Assembly (NCBI GenBank): GCA_039973685.1
Contig: JBDWKL010000050.1
Coordinates: forward strand, 1,766 to 65,765
Origin: Hyphomicrobiales bacterium
GTDB taxonomy: Bacteria > Pseudomonadota > Alphaproteobacteria > Rhizobiales > JACESI01
DNA length: 64,000 nucleotides
Direction of reading: 5' to 3'
This document shows, one piece after another, positions 58,273-64,000 of the stretch. A model generated the notes under the pieces. The model saw only the letters and a list, made by a program, of their open reading frames with translations, was not told where the DNA came from and made no database searches. Position numbers and translations under genes: made by a program. How positions within the stretch are numbered: position 1 is the stretch's first letter; the number at the start of each line of letters is the position of its first letter.

Positions 58273-59523
58273 ATGACAAGCTACAAATCAGACTTTCTCG
58301 CCGTTCTAGAAGAACGCGGCTTTATCCACCAAATGTCAGATGCATCAGCCCTTGATGCTTTGTTATGCAAGGAGACGGTCACGTCCTATATCGGCTTTGA
58401 CTGCACCGCAGACAGTTTGCATGTGGGTAGCTTGATCCAAATTATGATGCTGCATTGGTTTCAGGCAACTGGTCACAAGCCAATAGCCCTAATGGGCGGC
58501 GGCACCACTCGTGTGGGTGATCCATCTGGTAAAGACGAATCTCGCCAGCTTTTATCGGGCGAAGCGATTGAGGAAAACAAACAAGGCATCAAGCAAGCCT
58601 TCGAGAGCCTCTTGCAGTTTGGCGATGGCCCCAAAGACGCGCTCATGGCAGACAACTCAGATTGGTTGCTTGATCTTCATTATGTCGATTTTCTGCGTGA
58701 AGTAGGTCGTCACCTCTCCGTCAATGCCATGTTACAACGCGACAGCGTGAAAATGCGACTTGAGCGCGAGCAGCACTTATCATTCCTAGAATTCAACTAC
58801 ATGTGCCTTCAAGCTTATGACTTCGTTGAACTCTACAGACGCTTTGGTTGCCGCCTACAAATGGGTGGTTCGGACCAGTGGGGCAATATTCTGTCTGGTG
58901 TTGATCTTGGCCGTCGTATGGAAAGTGCAGAACTCTACGCACTTACAACGCCACTGATGACCACCTCATCAGGCGCTAAAATGGGCAAGACGGCCTCTGG
59001 CGCAATCTGGCTCAATGAAAGCCGTTTATCGGCCTATGACTATTGGCAGTTCTGGCGCAATACAGAAGATGCAGACGTTGAGCGCTTCTTGCTGCGCTTT
59101 ACGCTTTTGCCTATCGACGAAATCAAACGCCTTGGTGCATTAGAAGGTGCTGAGATCAACGAAGCTAAAAAAGTCCTCGCCTATGAAGCAACGCGCCTCA
59201 TGCGCGGTGAAGCGGCAGCTTTGTCTGCTCAAGAAACAGCAGAAAAAACGTTCGAACAAGGCGCGGTTTCAGACAATCTACCAACGATCAACGTATCGGC
59301 CGCGGAACTAGACGCGGGCCTTGGCATGTTGGGTCTTTATGTAACCGCTGGCCTTTGCCAATCAAACGGCGATGCCAGACGGCAAGTTAAAGGTGGGGCT
59401 GTAAAAATAAACGACAAAGCCACCAATGACGAACGCCGCACCATCACTAAAGACGATTTAGCTGACGGCGTTATCAAGCTGTCACTTGGCAAGAAAAAGC
59501 ACGTGTTGGTGAAACCTGTTTAG
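58273..59523 (+). CDS. tyrS: Tyrosine--tRNA ligase
   Basis: HIGH-type SLHVGSL, KMSKS-type AKMGKTASG, and a C-terminal S4 domain. Confidence 0.96.
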   Translation: MTSYKSDFLAVLEERGFIHQMSDASALDALLCKETVTSYIGFDCTADSLHVGSLIQIMMLHWFQATGHKPIALMGGGTTRVGDPSGKDESRQLLSGEAIEENKQGIKQAFESLLQFGDGPKDALMADNSDWLLDLHYVDFLREVGRHLSVNAMLQRDSVKMRLEREQHLSFLEFNYMCLQAYDFVELYRRFGCRLQMGGSDQWGNILSGVDLGRRMESAELYALTTPLMTTSSGAKMGKTASGAIWLNESRLSAYDYWQFWRNTEDADVERFLLRFTLLPIDEIKRLGALEGAEINEAKKVLAYEATRLMRGEAAALSAQETAEKTFEQGAVSDNLPTINVSAAELDAGLGMLGLYVTAGLCQSNGDARRQVKGGAVKINDKATNDERRTITKDDLADGVIKLSLGKKKHVLVKPV

Positions 59524-59552
59524 GGTTCAGTTCGTTCGCTTTTGGCGCGCGG

Positions 59553-62500
59553 CTAATTGGTTGATTGTTGATCGGTTTTCCTAAAGCGGAAGAGCTGGCG
59601 CAAAAAGCCAGGGGCAAGCGCTGATAGTGGGTTAACCGTTACCTTAGGCTTACCAATCGTCCCTTTGACCTTGAACGTCACACCGATCAAGCCTTCGCGC
59701 TTCCCATTGCCAAGAACTTGCCCAACAATAGGGATTTTCGTGAAGAAATTATTCAGCACGTAAATCGGCACATAGGTGCCTGTAAAATCAATTTCTTTGG
59801 TTTTGCGGTTCAAAACACCTTCATAAGTACCGCCAATATTGTCACCAGATAGCAGTCCTTTTTCAACGCGAAGCTTCTGATCTTGCTCAGTGAAATTGAT
59901 CTTCAACACATTGAACTTCACTGAGGGTTTACCGTTAGTGCTCGCGCCTCCGCCAAGACCACTTAAAGCTGGTTCATCGACGAGCGCAAAACGTCTCATG
60001 CGGAATTTTCCCGTAAGCGCTTTCACACCCGGAGGTCTTTGTCCTGTTATGGTGAAAGGACCACCAAACGCGCGATAATAGATATTAGCAAAGCGAGCGA
60101 TTGCACCGCCATCAGGGCCGTTCGCAGTTAGCACGTCCCCTTTACCAGAAACCGCTCCATAGCGGATATCAAAAGGAGCCTTTGCATTCTTTGTGATCCC
60201 ACTAACCATCAGTTTTAATACGGTCGGCCCACGCAAACTAACGTCCATTGAAAACCCACGAATTTTCTCAGCGATATATCCCGTAACCTCACCAATGGTG
60301 GCTTTGATCTTATACCGAAAGTTTGCATCAGCAGCCGAATTAGGTCGGTCTGTTAGAACATGGATCAATGAACGCGCATCGAATGATCTGCCGTCGATCT
60401 TGATGTCGTAGGTACGTTCAGCGCGTAAAACTGCATTCACAGCAATACTGTCACCCTTTTTCAAAGCGAGCTTGGACAGGTTGAGACGTGCGATATCGCC
60501 TGAATTCGAGATTTCAGCAGTGCCTTGTGCGCCAAAGCCATCGCCGACTAAAGAAAAGTCACGAACTTGCGTGCCCTTAGACGTTGTAATTAAGCGCATG
60601 CGGGCAGATGCCGCCACGCCCTTGCTTTTTTTCCAGCCAATAAAATCAAGATTAATTTCCGCACGTGATAGGTCAATTTTGTATAGGTCACCACGTTTAT
60701 CAGAGCTGGAATCTTGATCAATCTCAACACTCATTGGCCCGGTTAAAAATTCGCCGAAATCAATGCCAATTTTTTTCAGGTCTTTATCATCTAGCACCAA
60801 TTTAACCGCGAGGGTTCGAGATTTAGCGTTGCCCTTAAAGGGAACCTGCATATCAATATCAGCTTCAATCCCATCAATCTTACCCTTGCCGTCGATCGTC
60901 ATAGATTGAGGAGTAATTGAAATCTCTGCCGTTGCATTATCAATCTTTCGACCATCGATCGGTTTGGGGCTTGAGAATTTTGTGAGCCCCAATCCAGCCT
61001 TCCAATCAACGTCATTTGCACCCAATTTGGGTCTCAAAGGCAAACTCAACGCAACCTTAGCCAGCACATCGCCAGACAAGCCACGAGGTTCGATCTTGGC
61101 AAAAGTCAACGCGCGAACTGGTTTACGGTTTGCAATCTCGCCAACGTCGTCCGCCTTGCCTTTTGCCGTCAACGAAATATCTGCTTTGGGGCCTGGAAAG
61201 CGAAAATCATCGATTTTAAATTGCGCCTTGTTTAACTGCACCGCCCCGCCAAATTTTGACACCGCTTTGCCGCGATCAAGGTTGGCTTGAAAACTGATAC
61301 CTCTAACTTTGCCTCTCAAATCGGCATTTTCAATGTCAGGAAACTCCCCAAATGCCTTAAATGAAGAATTCACAATATTGAAATCAGCGACCATTTCATG
61401 GTCTTGCAAAGTCGCGCCTTTGCGCAAATTACCCAACACTCCATTTGGGATTGAAGTGGCTATTCTAGCATTCCTAATTTCCCCATCATGAAGGTTCTTC
61501 AACGTCCATCCACGGGCGCTTGGGGCGATGAAAACTGGCCAAACCTGCTTCAAAACAGCCACGGGTGCCTTGTCAATTTCAGCAACGAGCGACATGGATG
61601 GCGTTTTACCATCAAATCCAAACGATACCGCCGCGTCGCCTCGAACTTCGCCGACCTGAACGGAAAACTCGCTGATCGAAATTAGCTTTCGGCCCAATTG
61701 AAAAGCACCATTTGCAATCATCTTATCAACAACGAGAGGGGCTGCATTTGCATCAGATGAATCAAGATGCACATCATTGGCGAACAGTCGAAAATTGTAC
61801 GGCTGCAACAATTCGTCTGCGAGACTTATGCCGCCTTGCACAACAAAACGGTTCTTTCCGAAAATGAAAGGAGACGGCTTAACAAGCATTTGGTGAGATC
61901 GGCGGTTTAGCGTCAAATTGAGAGCGCCGCTATCCACGTTAAAAATGGAGTTAGGCGCCGTTCGAATAGAGCCTTCTCCAACACTAATTTTTACATCCAA
62001 TCGGCTGATCGATTGACGATCATCCAATACAATTTCACCATCAATGCCAAATGGCACGTTCAACTTCATGGGGAATATAGGGTCGGCGAGTTTCTTGATG
62101 AAATTACTCGCAATAATATTAGAAATACCAATAACAAAAGCACGGCTGGAACCAACGTTTTGGCTTACATGAGTGACATTCAAATCAATGCCATTACCAC
62201 CACTTTGCTTCGTCTTGATTGCAAAATGTTGTTGAGGTCTAGCGGCGCTATAGTCGCTGATTTCTGAATAAACGGCGGACGTGATACCAAGTTTACGAAG
62301 AGGGTTCTTTTCCTCATCAAACATCTCAATTGCAACGTTTTGCAAGTCCAATTCGCCAAGGCCTAATTGATGGATTCTATCAAAAACACCTCCAAATTCA
62401 TTGAGACCAGAAGAGATCAATCGCAATATCTCTGGATTATCGCCATCTGTTTCAATATCAGCGGGGCTGTCTGACTGATTGTCACTGCTGTCTATAGAAC

Positions 62501-63194
62501 TGGATTGCCCTACTTCGCCTAAGACACCATTTTCTGACTTATAATTTTCGATATTTTCAGGCAGCTCAGCAGACAAATCAGTAGCATCATCTTCAAAACC
62601 AAGAATATTTTGGAAAACATCAGCTTCTAAACCAGTTTCAACTGAAGTGGGTGCGGCAGGCTTGTTTTGTGAGAAAATGTCCACCAACAACACTTCAGGC
62701 TGCGTATCCACATCTGGAAAAATAGATTCGGCTGAAGTAACGACCTGAATATCAGCTCCATCAATACTCACCTTCCGAATGGAAACATGATCAGTTGCAA
62801 GCGATAACCAAGACGGAAGAATTTTTATGTTGCCGCTGTTGGCAACAAAACGGCCTTCACGGTCAGCGACACTTAAGCCAGATATTAAAAGATGAGCGCC
62901 TTCTGCTTTCTCAACGACGATCTTCGCGCCTTTAAGTTGAAACGTTAGCTCGCCATTACTGCGTTCATTAAGTGTGGTTTCGATGCGGGTACGAAGCCAC
63001 TCCATGTCATCATCATTCGACAACACATAATAAACAGCGGCGCAGGCCACAACGAATGCAGCCATGCAAAGGAAAAATCCTGCACGCAAAAAAGCAAAAT
63101 TTAGCGCAACAAGCTTGTGTGAAGTGCTTTTTTTCACCGTCTTCTTCTTGTTTTCATTCCTTGCATGATCTCTTAAAGACCCTACTTTCATCAT
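59553..63194 (-). CDS. Large membrane-anchored AsmA/YhdP-like (DUF3971-type) envelope protein
   Basis: 1213 aa with one N-terminal TM helix and a long beta-rich body. The C-terminus PIVGQVLGNGKREGLIGVTFKVKGTIGKPKVTVNPLSALAPGFLRQLF is typical of AsmA-like C-terminal domains. Confidence 0.72.
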   Translation of the reverse strand: MMKVGSLRDHARNENKKKTVKKSTSHKLVALNFAFLRAGFFLCMAAFVVACAAVYYVLSNDDDMEWLRTRIETTLNERSNGELTFQLKGAKIVVEKAEGAHLLISGLSVADREGRFVANSGNIKILPSWLSLATDHVSIRKVSIDGADIQVVTSAESIFPDVDTQPEVLLVDIFSQNKPAAPTSVETGLEADVFQNILGFEDDATDLSAELPENIENYKSENGVLGEVGQSSSIDSSDNQSDSPADIETDGDNPEILRLISSGLNEFGGVFDRIHQLGLGELDLQNVAIEMFDEEKNPLRKLGITSAVYSEISDYSAARPQQHFAIKTKQSGGNGIDLNVTHVSQNVGSSRAFVIGISNIIASNFIKKLADPIFPMKLNVPFGIDGEIVLDDRQSISRLDVKISVGEGSIRTAPNSIFNVDSGALNLTLNRRSHQMLVKPSPFIFGKNRFVVQGGISLADELLQPYNFRLFANDVHLDSSDANAAPLVVDKMIANGAFQLGRKLISISEFSVQVGEVRGDAAVSFGFDGKTPSMSLVAEIDKAPVAVLKQVWPVFIAPSARGWTLKNLHDGEIRNARIATSIPNGVLGNLRKGATLQDHEMVADFNIVNSSFKAFGEFPDIENADLRGKVRGISFQANLDRGKAVSKFGGAVQLNKAQFKIDDFRFPGPKADISLTAKGKADDVGEIANRKPVRALTFAKIEPRGLSGDVLAKVALSLPLRPKLGANDVDWKAGLGLTKFSSPKPIDGRKIDNATAEISITPQSMTIDGKGKIDGIEADIDMQVPFKGNAKSRTLAVKLVLDDKDLKKIGIDFGEFLTGPMSVEIDQDSSSDKRGDLYKIDLSRAEINLDFIGWKKSKGVAASARMRLITTSKGTQVRDFSLVGDGFGAQGTAEISNSGDIARLNLSKLALKKGDSIAVNAVLRAERTYDIKIDGRSFDARSLIHVLTDRPNSAADANFRYKIKATIGEVTGYIAEKIRGFSMDVSLRGPTVLKLMVSGITKNAKAPFDIRYGAVSGKGDVLTANGPDGGAIARFANIYYRAFGGPFTITGQRPPGVKALTGKFRMRRFALVDEPALSGLGGGASTNGKPSVKFNVLKINFTEQDQKLRVEKGLLSGDNIGGTYEGVLNRKTKEIDFTGTYVPIYVLNNFFTKIPIVGQVLGNGKREGLIGVTFKVKGTIGKPKVTVNPLSALAPGFLRQLFRFRKTDQQSTN

Positions 63195-63290
63195 AGACAG
63201 ATTCGCAACAAAACCGCATAAATAAACCTTGCTTTCATGCTCTGTCTTACTATGTGAATGCCTAGCTACAAAATTGGAGTTGAATAAACC

Positions 63291-63755
63291 ATGACTTTAA
63301 ACGTAGGCGACCAAGCGCCAGCTTTTTCTTTGCCCGCCGATAATGGCCAAACAGTGGCCCTTGCTGACTATAGCGGCAAAAAGATTGTGCTCTATTTTTA
63401 CCCCAAAGATGACACGCCCGGTTGCACCACGCAGGCGATTGATTTTACGGCAAAAATCAAGGAATTCGAAGCTCAAGGCGCAGTCATCATTGGCATGTCA
63501 CCTGACAAAGCCGCCAAGCATGACAAATTCAAAGCTAAGCACAATCTAGCCATTACCCTTGCTGCTGATGAAGAGAAGGAAACCCTTGAAACTTATGGGG
63601 TTTGGGTGGAAAAAAGCATGTACGGCAAAAAGTATATGGGCGTTGAACGGACAACATTTTTGATTGATGAAAATGGCAAAATCAATCAAATCTGGCGCAA
63701 AGTAAAAGTGGCCGGTCATGTGGACACGGTGCTGGAGGCGGTGGGAGCCGCATAA
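63291..63755 (+). CDS. bcp: Thioredoxin-dependent peroxiredoxin Bcp
   Basis: YFYPKDDTPGCTTQA peroxidatic Cys motif in a 154-aa protein. Confidence 0.93.
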   Translation: MTLNVGDQAPAFSLPADNGQTVALADYSGKKIVLYFYPKDDTPGCTTQAIDFTAKIKEFEAQGAVIIGMSPDKAAKHDKFKAKHNLAITLAADEEKETLETYGVWVEKSMYGKKYMGVERTTFLIDENGKINQIWRKVKVAGHVDTVLEAVGAA

Positions 63756-63757
63756 TT

Positions 63758-64000
63758 GTGTCGACCCAGAGAGAATTAAAATCCCTAGAGCTTGCCGCGA
63801 TACGTATCGTTGCAGAAGCCGATTTAGAGGTTAAAACCGAGCTAGCGCACAAAACGGCGAAAGCTTGGTTTCAGCGCTCGCTTTCACTCACCTATGGTGT
63901 GCAACCAGCTTTGCCAAAACGCCCAGGCCGACCTGATAAACCTGACCTAATATCCCCGCGCGAAATGCCGAAACGCTCAATTAGCGGTGAAAAGGGTCGG
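63758..64000 (+). CDS. Ferritin-like DUF455 family protein (5' part, runs off the window)
   Basis: A GTG-started frame stays open to the window edge (hand translation). VSTQRELKSLELAAIRIVAEADLEVKTELAHKTAKAWF...RPGRPDKPDL resembles DUF455 N-termini. Confidence 0.55.
   Translation, partial: MSTQRELKSLELAAIRIVAEADLEVKTELAHKTAKAWFQRSLSLTYGVQPALPKRPGRPDKPDLISPREMPKRSISGEKGR

Overview
This 64-kb window looks like chromosomal core genome from a moderate-GC alphaproteobacterium, roughly 48-53% GC by hand counts of sampled lines. Gene order suggests Hyphomicrobiales/Rhizobiales: bamE | cyt-c chaperone-yceD-plsX-fabH-ihfA-MerR-tRNA-Pro, the nifS-like sufBCDS-sufT-sufA operon, clpS-clpA, and DUF1849/EipB. 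About 66 protein genes and one tRNA-Pro(GGG) can be supported. I saw no rRNA, CRISPR array, IS element or prophage. Recognisable blocks are rplM-rpsI, a GT2 + flippase pair, ureohydrolase-argC-aminotransferase-ALDH, and ctaA/DUF2842. A Wzx/Wzy-type exopolysaccharide locus (deacetylase, FemAB-like, PCP, OPX, priming transferase, Wzy/ligase-like) ends at tRNA-Pro. Further blocks are lipid and IHF genes, dinB, azlCD, clpSA, a phasin gene, a DD-carboxypeptidase-SPOR fusion, panC, an orphan clpP, mgtE, a DEAD-box helicase, a GGDEF protein, the suf operon, anmK, tyrS, a 1213-aa AsmA/YhdP-like protein and bcp. No clear multi-gene novel system is evident. The best candidates for uncharacterised biology are listed here.
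- A sharply low-GC single-gene DUF3800 islet sits in front of rplM.
- A VWA protein and a membrane J-domain protein form a translationally coupled pair.
- The EPS locus has a PEP-CTERM-like gene set but no exosortase, and its chain-length determinant carries a degenerate kinase domain.
- An unannotated 50-codon membrane ORF is coupled to a rhodanese gene.
- Several candidate regulatory sites were found: an Irr/ICE-like box before sufB, repeated TTGCATCGCA boxes in the phasin promoter, and direct repeats before clpA.

All family assignments come from motif recognition by eye. No database search was run.
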